This document shows, one piece after another, positions 27,321 to 35,565 of a DNA stretch of 35,565 bases; within the stretch, counting starts at the first letter, position 1; each line of letters starts with the position of its first letter. The position numbers and the translations under genes were made by a program. The notes under the pieces were generated by a model, which was not told the origin of the DNA, made no database searches, and worked only from the letters and a program-made list of their open reading frames with translations. The DNA lies in NCBI GenBank assembly GCA_002784245.1, contig PFKL01000119.1:1-35565 (forward strand), in the 5' to 3' direction. This stretch comes from Comamonadaceae bacterium CG_4_10_14_3_um_filter_60_75 (lineage in GTDB: Bacteria > Pseudomonadota > Gammaproteobacteria > Burkholderiales > Burkholderiaceae_C).

Positions 27321-28472
27321 TCACAGGGTTTGTAACTTGTCGAGCGCCAATTGCAAGGTCTGCGTCTTCTTGGCGAAACAAAAGCGCACCGTATGCTGGT
27401 CAAAGCCGTTGCCATAGAACGCCGACAGGGGAATCGCCGCAACACCAATCTCTGACGTCAGCCACTTGCAAAAATCGGCTTCATTCAAATCGTTGATGGC
27501 GCGGGTATCGACGCTCTGAAAATAAGTCCCCTCGCACGGTAGCAGGCGAAACCGGGTATTGGCCAAGCCGACGCGAAAAAAATCACGTTTTTGCTGATAA
27601 AAATCGCTCAAGGCCAGGTATGGAGTTGCGTTCTGCATGTAATTGGCCAATGCGTACTGAACTGGTGTGTTTACCGTAAAAACATTGAACTGGTGGACCT
27701 TGCGAAACTCGTGCGTCAGCTCTGCTGGTGCGGCCACGTAACCGACCTTCCAACCCGTCACATGGTAGGTTTTGCCAAAACTGGACACGACAAAAGCGCG
27801 TTCGGCCAAAGCGTCAAACAGCGCTGCACTTTGGTGCTCCTGACCGTCAAACACCATGTGTTCGTACACCTCGTCGCTGATGAGCAGGATATTTGTCGGC
27901 GCAAGCAATTGTTCCAGGCGACGCATATCGTTGGCAGACCAAACAGTGCCGCTGGGGTTGTGCGGCGAATTGATAATGATCGCACGCGTGCGTGGCGTGA
28001 TGGCAGCTGCAATCTGTTCAAAATCCGGGCGAAACGTGCCCGGTGTCAGCGGCACCCTGACCGCCGAGCCACCGGCAAGTTCAATGTTGGGAACGTAGCT
28101 GTCGTAACAAGGTTCCAGCACGATGACCTCGTCGCCCGGGTGCACCACCGCCAAGATGGCGGTCAAAATCGCCTGGGTGGCGCCAGCTGTGATGGTTATT
28201 TCGCTTTCAGCGGCGTATTTACGTGTGTAGAGTGCTTCAATTTTCGAAGCAATGGTGGCGCGCAAAACTGGCACACCAGCCATCGGCGGATACTGATTCA
28301 GACCGCTTTGCATGGCCTGCGTCACAGCGTCAACCAAGCAGGGATCGCAGTTGAAGTCCGGAAAACCCTGCCCAAGATTAACAGCTTTTTTTTCAGTTGC
28401 CAGGGCCGACATCACTGTAAAAATGGTGGTACCCACATTGGGCAAGCGTGACTGCAGAACAGGTGTGGTCAT
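27321..28472 (-). CDS. PLP-dependent class I/II aminotransferase (YbdL/methionine aminotransferase-like)
   Basis: SRLPNVGTTIFTVMS, VNLGQGFPDF, NSPHNPSG, SDEVYEH, SFGKTYHVTGWKVG, VRFCFAK. Confidence 0.92.
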   Translation of the reverse strand: MTTPVLQSRLPNVGTTIFTVMSALATEKKAVNLGQGFPDFNCDPCLVDAVTQAMQSGLNQYPPMAGVPVLRATIASKIEALYTRKYAAESEITITAGATQAILTAILAVVHPGDEVIVLEPCYDSYVPNIELAGGSAVRVPLTPGTFRPDFEQIAAAITPRTRAIIINSPHNPSGTVWSANDMRRLEQLLAPTNILLISDEVYEHMVFDGQEHQSAALFDALAERAFVVSSFGKTYHVTGWKVGYVAAPAELTHEFRKVHQFNVFTVNTPVQYALANYMQNATPYLALSDFYQQKRDFFRVGLANTRFRLLPCEGTYFQSVDTRAINDLNEADFCKWLTSEIGVAAIPLSAFYGNGFDQHTVRFCFAKKTQTLQLALDKLQTL

Positions 28473-28473
28473 G

Positions 28474-29427
28474 TTACAACTCGTAATCGTTGACGTGGCC
28501 TTCCATTGCCCGGGCCACCAGGTGGCGGTCAAGTCGGCTGCTGAGCATTTCGGCAAACTGGAATACAAATTGCCGTAGATAGGCGCCTCGCTTAAACGCC
28601 ACGCGCGCCACATTCTGGCCAAACAACTGGCCGGCGGGACGCACCACGAGATCACTTTTACCGCCATCGTCCAGCACATCGCGCACCGACATTTCGGCAG
28701 CGATCCCAATGCCCAAACCGAGCCTGACATACGTCTTGATCACATCCGAATCGATAGCCTCCAGAGCAATGCGCGGTTCAAGCTTGCGAATCGCGAATGC
28801 GTGGTCGATCTTCGTGCGTCCGGTATAGGAGGGGTGGTAGGTAATGATGGGCTCTGTTGCAATGTCTTCCAGCGTGATGTGCTCCTTGCTGCACAAAGCG
28901 TGACCAGCTGGCAGCACCAGCACATGTTGCCATTCGTAGCAAGGCAGCGTCACCAGTTCATCATATGACGCAATCGACTCAGTGGCGATACCGATTTCAG
29001 CCACTTCATCGATCAACATGCGCGCAACCTGGTCGGGGGATCCTTGGTGCAAGCTGATGTTGACTTTGGGGAAAGCCTTGCGCAGCTTGGCGACTGGTTC
29101 TGGCAAGACGTAGCGCGCCTGGGTGTGGGTAGTGGCAATCGACAAGGTACCACTGTCGCCCATGCAATGCTGCTCACCGATGCGCTTGAGGTTACCCACC
29201 TCGCGCATGATGATGTTGATGCCTTTGACAACCTCCTGACCTGGTTCGGTGACGCGTTTGAGCCGTTTGCCATGGCGCGCAAAAATCTCGATGCCCAACT
29301 CGTCTTCGAGTTCAATGATGGCTTTGGACACGCCGGGCTGCGAGGTGTGCAGCGCTTTGGCGGCTTCAGTCAAATTCAGGTCGCGTCGGACGGCCTCCTG
29401 AATAAAGCGGAATTGGTGCAGATTCAT
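28474..29427 (-). CDS. cysB: CysB/Cbl family LysR-type regulator
   Basis: MNLHQFRFI...LNLTEAAKALHTSQPGVSKAI, ATTHTQARY, DSDVIKTYVRLGLGIGI. Confidence 0.9.
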   Translation of the reverse strand: MNLHQFRFIQEAVRRDLNLTEAAKALHTSQPGVSKAIIELEDELGIEIFARHGKRLKRVTEPGQEVVKGINIIMREVGNLKRIGEQHCMGDSGTLSIATTHTQARYVLPEPVAKLRKAFPKVNISLHQGSPDQVARMLIDEVAEIGIATESIASYDELVTLPCYEWQHVLVLPAGHALCSKEHITLEDIATEPIITYHPSYTGRTKIDHAFAIRKLEPRIALEAIDSDVIKTYVRLGLGIGIAAEMSVRDVLDDGGKSDLVVRPAGQLFGQNVARVAFKRGAYLRQFVFQFAEMLSSRLDRHLVARAMEGHVNDYEL

Positions 29428-29446
29428 TGGCAGGTCCGGGGGAGGG

Positions 29447-29809
29447 TCAGGGGTTGAATAGCGCCATTTTCGCCAACAAATCGATCACTTCTGGTTCTTC
29501 GCCAACAGAGCGCTTCAGTACCAAGCGCAGGTCAGGGTGGGCGCATGCGAGTTGTGCCACCAGCTTGGGGGTATCCTCGCGCGCGTGTTTGCCCAAGCCC
29601 AGAAACAGCGGCACGATGATGATTTCCGTCGCACCTAGAGCGTGCATCCTGGCAACAGCGCAGTTTAAATCAGGCTGCATCAATTCCAGAAAGGCGCACC
29701 CAACCAATGCCTTTGGGTCGAGTTCAATCGCCTGTTGCACAATTTTGTCAACGCAGCCGCGCCAAGCCGCATCACGGGAACCATGGGCAAAAAACAAGGT
29801 GGCACGCAT
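29447..29809 (-). CDS. Single-domain CbiX/SirB-like chelatase protein
   Basis: FAHGSRD, AFLELMQPDL, VPLFLGLGKHAREDTP; 120 aa. Confidence 0.85.
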   Translation of the reverse strand: MRATLFFAHGSRDAAWRGCVDKIVQQAIELDPKALVGCAFLELMQPDLNCAVARMHALGATEIIIVPLFLGLGKHAREDTPKLVAQLACAHPDLRLVLKRSVGEEPEVIDLLAKMALFNP

Positions 29810-29817
29810 AAGGAAGA

Positions 29818-30924
29818 TCAGTGCCTGAAAACCAGCCAGGCAAAAGCGCTCAGCGACAAGATCGAATAAATCAGGCCGGGCAGGGCAGCAGCCAGCCAAG
29901 GCTGCCAGTTTTGCAGGTTGCCCATGTAGCCAAATACATTATTCAGCAGGAAGAAGCTGATACCAGCCATGACGCCACCAAAAACATAGCTCGCCAAGCC
30001 ACCCGAGCGAAAATGAAAGTAGGCAAACGGCAGCGCCAGCACCACCATCACCAAGCAGCTCAAGGGGTAAAACACCTTCTTCCAGAACTCGATTTCATAG
30101 CGTTGGGCGGCCTGGGCGTTGTTTTGCAGATGCTCGATGTATTGGTAAAGATCGACCGTATTCATCCGTTCGGGTTTGAGCAGTGCCGCCGACACCATCT
30201 CAGTAGAAATCTGATTCGGCCAACGCAGACTCTCCAGTTTGACGCGTTCAATTTGTGCATTTTTACCCTCAATCATGGTAAATTCAGACCGGTTGACTTG
30301 CTGCAGTAGCCAAGCCTCGTCTTCCTGGATTACGGCTGAATCGGCCTGCGTCATGGATGCCAGCAGTCCGCGGTTGTCAAATTCAAAAATACGCACACCG
30401 TGCAAGCCCCCGTCGGAGGCCAATTCGCCAACATTGACCGCGTACGTGCTATAAGCTTGGCGCTCCTTCAGCCAGGCGCCGGTTTGTCCCACAGTAATTC
30501 GTCCGGTGTACTTTGCCTTGAGCAACTGGGCGGCACGGTCGGCCACCGGGGAGGCATAGTCACCAACCGCAAAGGTAAAGATCACAAACCCCAATCCCAG
30601 TAGCAGCAGGGCGCGCAACGCACGCCAAGGGTCCAGGCCACTGGTTCGCAAAATGGTGTATTCGGAGCTTTGCGCTAGCCTGGCCATTACAAAAATAGTG
30701 CCAATCAGGACGGCAATCGGCATCAATTCATAGAGGTGACTTGGAATGAGCAGCGCCACATAACCAAACGCGTGCACCAACTGGTAACCCGTCTCTGAGT
30801 GACGACCAACGCTTTGAACTTCTTCAACAAAGTCGAAGAAAAAAAACAGGGACAAAAATCCGAGGGTAATGAAAGCCACCGCACGCAGTACCTCGCCGTA
30901 AATCAGGCGGCGCAAGGTCTTCAT
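29818..30924 (-). CDS. lptG: LPS export ABC transporter permease LptG
   Basis: MKTLRRLIYGEV..., PIAVLIG..LAQSSEYTILRTSG; ATGA overlap with lptF. Confidence 0.93.
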   Translation of the reverse strand: MKTLRRLIYGEVLRAVAFITLGFLSLFFFFDFVEEVQSVGRHSETGYQLVHAFGYVALLIPSHLYELMPIAVLIGTIFVMARLAQSSEYTILRTSGLDPWRALRALLLLGLGFVIFTFAVGDYASPVADRAAQLLKAKYTGRITVGQTGAWLKERQAYSTYAVNVGELASDGGLHGVRIFEFDNRGLLASMTQADSAVIQEDEAWLLQQVNRSEFTMIEGKNAQIERVKLESLRWPNQISTEMVSAALLKPERMNTVDLYQYIEHLQNNAQAAQRYEIEFWKKVFYPLSCLVMVVLALPFAYFHFRSGGLASYVFGGVMAGISFFLLNNVFGYMGNLQNWQPWLAAALPGLIYSILSLSAFAWLVFRH

Positions 30925-32039
30925 CGCACGTCCCCGGTGGACGCGCCTAGCCGCTTGCGTCGCAGCAAAAGTTGTCGCAAACGCCAATTGTTGTGACCCT
31001 TGGCCAGCCAAAATGTCGACACTAGGAAAACGCCGCCGTGCAACACCACCAAAAATGCCAGAAAAGGCAGCTTGCCCGATGCAATCCAGCTTTGCCCCAA
31101 GTTCAGCAGATTGAAATACACAATGAAAGTGAACATAGCGAAAATCAGATTGATGCTTTTATTGAGCCGGGGATTGACGTTGGACACGGCGATGCCGATG
31201 ATCACAAAATTTATAGCAGCCAACAAAAGCCCAATGCGCCAGGACAACTCACCCTGTCTGGTTAGGTCAGGCTTGTTGATCAACGCAAGCGTGGGCAGGG
31301 TATTGACCGGAATGAAGCTTGCGAGACTTTGCGCGTCGTCACCGATACGGGTGCCGTAGACAACAAATTCGCTGAGTTTGAGGTCGGCTGTACCGATGAC
31401 GCGTTCGAGCCTCTGTCCGTTGTTGAGCATCAAAAACTGCCCCTCGGGTAACTGCTCTATCCGGCCGCTGCGTGCCGACGTCACCGTTTCTTTGCCGCGC
31501 TCGGTTGAAGCGATGAACACGTTGGAGCCGGTACTTTGCCCTAGAGGGTTCTTTTCAACAAAAAACACACGTTCACCGTTGGCCGACTCCTGAAACTGCC
31601 CGGGCTCAATGCGATCGAGATCACCACGGCGCTCGTACTGGAATTTCAGGTCTTCGATACGCTGGTTGCTCCAAGGCAAAACCAGCAGCGCCAACAACCC
31701 AACCACCATAAAAACGGGCCAAGCAAAGTGCATCAACGGCTTGACAAGCGATGACGGCCCTTTGCCACTGCAGAACCAGATCACCATTTCGCTGTCACGG
31801 TACATCCGGGACAAGGTTGAAATCACCGCAATGAACAAGCTCATCGACAGCAGAGTGGGCATATATGCGAGCACCGTATAGCCCATGATCTGGGTCACAT
31901 CGGACGGGTTGAAATTGCCGCGCGAGGCTTGTCCGAGGGTACGAATCAGCGTCATGGTCATCACCACCGTAACAAGCACGACCAGTACGGCACCGAAGCT
32001 GCGAGCCAATTCTTTGCGGACGGAGGAATGGAATAACAT
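30921..32039 (-). CDS. lptF: LPS export ABC transporter permease LptF
   Basis: MLFHSSVRKELARSF, LSRMYRDSEMVIW, EPGQFQES; divergent from pepA as usual. Confidence 0.93.
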   Translation of the reverse strand: MLFHSSVRKELARSFGAVLVVLVTVVMTMTLIRTLGQASRGNFNPSDVTQIMGYTVLAYMPTLLSMSLFIAVISTLSRMYRDSEMVIWFCSGKGPSSLVKPLMHFAWPVFMVVGLLALLVLPWSNQRIEDLKFQYERRGDLDRIEPGQFQESANGERVFFVEKNPLGQSTGSNVFIASTERGKETVTSARSGRIEQLPEGQFLMLNNGQRLERVIGTADLKLSEFVVYGTRIGDDAQSLASFIPVNTLPTLALINKPDLTRQGELSWRIGLLLAAINFVIIGIAVSNVNPRLNKSINLIFAMFTFIVYFNLLNLGQSWIASGKLPFLAFLVVLHGGVFLVSTFWLAKGHNNWRLRQLLLRRKRLGASTGDVR

Positions 32040-32064
32040 CGCTTGAAATAATGAATGACCAATT

Positions 32065-33513
32065 ATGAACTTTCACATCAAACCTCTGCAGCGCCAAGCT
32101 CTGGCGTCCGAAAAAACCGACGTTTTGATCGTTTTTGTTGACGATGCTTTTGAGCCAGCGCAGGACGCCGTGTCCCGAATCATCCACAAGGTGATGGAAG
32201 CGGGAGATTTTCAGGCTAAATCAGGGCAAATTCTGGATATCTTTCGACCTGAGGGGATTGCTGCCACCCATTTGGTGCTGGCGCAGATTGGCCCTGGCGG
32301 GGCAACTGATGTCAAAAAGGCGGGCACAGCTGCGTTTGTGAGCGTCAAATCGTCCAGACCAAAGCGCTTGACACTCTGTTTTTTGCAGAAGCCTTCAGCC
32401 TTGGCGGTGCGCGTGGCACTCACCGCGCTGGCAGATGCCAGTTACTCGTATACCACCACCAAATCGAATCCGCCGGAGCGCTCGTTGCGCGATATCACGC
32501 TGACTGGTCCGCTCGGCAAGAGCGTACGTGGTGCGTTTGACTGGGCAGTCGCTGCCATCATGGGCATTGAGTTGGCCAAAGAATGGGGTAATCGCCCGGC
32601 CAATCACGCCACACCCGCTCTCATAGCGCAGGCGGCCCGCGCGCTGACCAAGTTGTCCGGCGTCACGTGCCAGGTGCTGGGACCCAAAGAGGTTGCAAGG
32701 TTGGGAATGGGCGCATTTCAGGCGGTCGCCCAAGGCTCCGATCAACCGCTGCGCTTCATCGTGCTCCAGTATGCGGGGGCGGCCAAGGCAACCGCGCCTG
32801 TGGTGCTGGTTGGCAAGGGAATTACCTTTGACAGTGGTGGCATCTCGATCAAGCCAGCAGCGGAAATGGACGAGATGAAGTTTGACATGTGCGGTGCCGC
32901 CAGCGTGCTGGGCGTGTTCAGAGCGCTAGCGCAGTTACAGCCTGCCCTCAATGTCGTCGGCCTGATTCCGTCGTGTGAAAACTTGCCGAGTGGACGTTCG
33001 GTCAAACCTGGCGACGTGGTTACCAGCATGAGTGGCCAGACCATTGAAGTGCTCAACACCGACGCCGAGGGGCGTTTGGTGCTGTGCGATGCACTCACTT
33101 ACGCTCAACGCTTCAAACCTCGCGCTGTGCTCGACGTGGCGACCCTGACCGGCGCTTGTGTCGTCGCCTTGGGCGCGGTACGCAGCGGTTTCTTTTGTAC
33201 CGACGAAGCAATGTCTGCGGCTCTGCTCAAAGCCGGAGAATCAGCGCACGACCCGTGCTGGCCCATGCCGCTGGACGACGACTACGCCGAGGGTCTTAAA
33301 ACCAGTTTCGCCGATGTCGCCAACGTCGCCGGTCGTTCAGGTGGTGCGATCACTGCCGCCAAGTTTTTGCAGCGATTTGCTGGCAAGCAGCCCTGGGCGC
33401 ATCTGGATATTGCTGGTACCGCCTGGAAAAGCGGCACTGCCAAGGGAGCTACCGGCCGGCCGGTGGGGTTGCTGCTGGACTACCTGTTGTCGGTAGCGGA
33501 TCGAGGTCATTGA
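32065..33513 (+). CDS. pepA: Leucyl aminopeptidase (M17)
   Basis: VGKGITFDSGGISIK, MKFDMCG, NTDAEGRL, ATLTGA, WAHLDIAG. Confidence 0.96.
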   Translation: MNFHIKPLQRQALASEKTDVLIVFVDDAFEPAQDAVSRIIHKVMEAGDFQAKSGQILDIFRPEGIAATHLVLAQIGPGGATDVKKAGTAAFVSVKSSRPKRLTLCFLQKPSALAVRVALTALADASYSYTTTKSNPPERSLRDITLTGPLGKSVRGAFDWAVAAIMGIELAKEWGNRPANHATPALIAQAARALTKLSGVTCQVLGPKEVARLGMGAFQAVAQGSDQPLRFIVLQYAGAAKATAPVVLVGKGITFDSGGISIKPAAEMDEMKFDMCGAASVLGVFRALAQLQPALNVVGLIPSCENLPSGRSVKPGDVVTSMSGQTIEVLNTDAEGRLVLCDALTYAQRFKPRAVLDVATLTGACVVALGAVRSGFFCTDEAMSAALLKAGESAHDPCWPMPLDDDYAEGLKTSFADVANVAGRSGGAITAAKFLQRFAGKQPWAHLDIAGTAWKSGTAKGATGRPVGLLLDYLLSVADRGH

Positions 33514-33516
33514 CGC

Positions 33517-33951
33517 GTGACAAGCATTGTTTTTCATTACAACGTCAACAACAGGGTGGACTACACCTGTCGGCTGGTGCGCAAAGGCGTCGCTACCGGC
33601 GCCAAATTGCTGCTGTGGGTGCCCAAAGAAGAATTGGAACAGCTCGATCGCGCGTTGTGGCAACTGTCCCCCATCGAATTTGTGCCGCATTGTCGGAGCA
33701 ACGCAACCGGTCAGGTAATTGCACGTTCCCGCGTTGTCTTGACATCAGTTTTGACGCCCACTACACATGGCAACGTGCTGGTCAATTTTTGCGAGTGTGC
33801 ACCCGAAGATTTCACCGCTTTTGAACGGGTGATCGAAGTGGTGGGACTCGACGATGCTAGCCGCCAGGCTGCGCGCCAGCGCTGGCGTCACTACGCGCAA
33901 GCAGGCGCTGAACTGGCGCGCCATGACGCGCAGGGCAGGGCAATGCAATGA
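33517..33951 (+). CDS. holC: DNA polymerase III subunit chi
   Basis: LDRALWQLSPIEFVPH, FERVIEVVG, ARQRWRHY; pepA-holC order. GTG start. Confidence 0.9.
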   Translation: MTSIVFHYNVNNRVDYTCRLVRKGVATGAKLLLWVPKEELEQLDRALWQLSPIEFVPHCRSNATGQVIARSRVVLTSVLTPTTHGNVLVNFCECAPEDFTAFERVIEVVGLDDASRQAARQRWRHYAQAGAELARHDAQGRAMQ

Positions 33952-34268
33952 GCACCGATCCCCGCCATGTGCCGCGCTTCATTCCGACCTTGACTGAAGT
34001 GGTTGACCCAGCCACGCTGGACTATGGTTCCCGCCGACCTGCACCCGATGTACAGGCGCTGGTGGAAGCTGTTCGGTGCCAGTTGCGGCCGGCTTTTGAG
34101 CGTCGCTTGCAGCAAGAATACGAGCGATTAGTCAAAAGCCTGGTCACCGAGCCTTGGGATGACATCAGCAGACGCCTGCACGGCGAGATGGAGCAACTGA
34201 TTGCGCAGGCTGTGACCGACTGCTTGCACCAACGCCCCATTGCGACCCAGGAAGACGCTGATTCCTAG
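33948..34268 (+). CDS. Hypothetical protein downstream of holC
   Basis: ATGA-coupled to holC; IPTLTEVV motif followed by a helical region. Confidence 0.7.
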   Translation: MSTDPRHVPRFIPTLTEVVDPATLDYGSRRPAPDVQALVEAVRCQLRPAFERRLQQEYERLVKSLVTEPWDDISRRLHGEMEQLIAQAVTDCLHQRPIATQEDADS

Positions 34269-34380
34269 GGTTTCTACTAGGCGCGCAAACGTTCGAGCGT
34301 TGCGATTGGCCCAAAATTTGCTGTATCGTTCGGGTTGCTGAATTATTCAATTCACAACCTTTATTAACCTGGAGTTGTTT

Positions 34381-35508
34381 ATGCAAATGAAATTGAAATT
34401 GACCGTTGCCGCTGCGGTTGCTGTTGCTGCTGGCGTTGCTGTGGCGCAGGAAGTTGTTGTCAAGATTGGCCACGTGGCGCCCATGTCCGGGTCACAAGCC
34501 CACTACGGCAAGGACAATGAAAACGGTGTGCGTATGGCCATCGAGGATCTGAACGCCCAGAAGATCAAGATCGGTGGCAAGACCATCAAGTTTGAAATTG
34601 CGGCCGAAGATGATGCAGCTGACCCGAAACAGGGCACCGCTGTTGCACAAAAACTGTGCGACGCCAAGGTTGCCGGCGTGGTTGGTCACCTGAATTCGGG
34701 CACAACCATTCCCGCTTCCAAGATTTACAACAACTGCGGCATCCCGATGGTGACGGGTGCTGCCACCAACCCCAACCTGACTAAACCTGGCTACAAGACG
34801 ACTTACCGAATCATTGCCAACGACCTTTCCTTGGGTGCTGGGTTGGCCTCTTACGCAGCAGATACGCTTAAGCTGAAGAAAATCGCAGTCATTGACGACC
34901 GCACTGCTTACGGCCAAGGCGTTGCCGAGGTGTTTGCCAAGATTGCCAAGACCAAAGGCGTTGAAATTGTTGACCAACAATTCACGACCGACAAGGCGAC
35001 AGACTTTATGGCAATTTTGACAGCCATCAAAGCCAAGAAGCCTGACGGCGTTTTCTTTGGTGGTATGGACGCCCAAGCTGGCGCCATGTTGCGTCAAATG
35101 GATCAACTCGGTCTGACCAACGTGAAGTATTTTGGTGGTGACGGCATCTGTACACCTGAGATCATTAAGATCGCCTCTGGTGCCAAGAGTCTCGACAACG
35201 TGATTTGCGCAGAAGGTGGTGCAACGCTGGCTAAGATGCCTGGTGGTGTTGCCTGGAAAGCCAAGTACGACGCCAAGTTCCCTGGTCAATTCCAGATCTA
35301 CAGCCCCTACACCTATGACGCGACCTTTGTTTTGGTTGATGCAATGAAGCGTGCTAACTCGACAGATCCAAAGGTATACATCTCAAAACTCATTGAAACC
35401 GATCTGAAAGGCGTCACCGCCAATATCAAGTTTGAGTCCACAGGTGAAATGAAAAATCCGGCGATGACTTTGTCGACCTACGCTGGTGGTAAAAAATCGC
35501 CACTCTGA
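34381..35508 (+). CDS. Branched-chain amino acid ABC transporter substrate-binding protein (LivJ/LivK family)
   Basis: Signal peptide, VKIGHVAPMSG, EDDAADPKQG, VVGHLNSGTTIPAS, DDRTAYGQG; GGAG SD. Confidence 0.95.
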   Translation: MQMKLKLTVAAAVAVAAGVAVAQEVVVKIGHVAPMSGSQAHYGKDNENGVRMAIEDLNAQKIKIGGKTIKFEIAAEDDAADPKQGTAVAQKLCDAKVAGVVGHLNSGTTIPASKIYNNCGIPMVTGAATNPNLTKPGYKTTYRIIANDLSLGAGLASYAADTLKLKKIAVIDDRTAYGQGVAEVFAKIAKTKGVEIVDQQFTTDKATDFMAILTAIKAKKPDGVFFGGMDAQAGAMLRQMDQLGLTNVKYFGGDGICTPEIIKIASGAKSLDNVICAEGGATLAKMPGGVAWKAKYDAKFPGQFQIYSPYTYDATFVLVDAMKRANSTDPKVYISKLIETDLKGVTANIKFESTGEMKNPAMTLSTYAGGKKSPL

Positions 35509-35531
35509 AGAGATTGATTCAATTCAAATCA

Positions 35532-35557
35532 AAAAAACCGCCTCCGGGCGGTTTTTT
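35532..35557 (+). terminator. Intrinsic, probably bidirectional terminator
   Basis: AAAAAACCGCC-TCCG-GGCGGTTTTTT just downstream of the binding-protein stop. Confidence 0.9.
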
Positions 35558-35565
35558 ATGGGCAA

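Noticed and set aside
28233-28275. Half-motif TGCTTCAATTTTCGAAGCA in the aminotransferase
   Set aside because: The palindromic half has the right spacing, but GCGC is 2 nt out of register and GGGCT is absent.

Overview
Mostly core chromosome of a GC-rich betaproteobacterium; gene content and protein sequences fit Burkholderiales/Comamonadaceae (inference). Order: partial pstS (-) divergent from phoU-phoB-phoR, with two Pho boxes between them; GT39-like glycosyltransferase, rpmE2, rho, trxA (-); flavoprotein, CoA-transferase (+); SRP RNA (-); dnaX-ybaB-recR-MAPEG (+); mltD, gloB (-); methyltransferase, rnhA, RND pair (+); bktB, SDR (-); HPF/RaiA (+); rluA, hybrid histidine kinase, 49-aa basic protein, aminotransferase, cysB, CbiX-like, lptG, lptF (-); pepA, holC, hypothetical, LivJ/K-type binding protein (+). 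I saw no tRNA, rRNA, CRISPR array, transposase or integrase. The most unusual signal is a dispersed, gap-free 43-bp motif, approximately AGCCC-N9-WWGCGC-N4-AGCT-N10-WAGCA with an upstream A/T tract. It has five copies in the first 17 kb, four overlapping coding sequence. Other notable features: an A9 run in dnaX with early stops in both shifted frames (likely gamma subunit), a probably leaderless dnaX, and overlapping divergent start codons at gloB and the methyltransferase. All coordinates were counted by hand.
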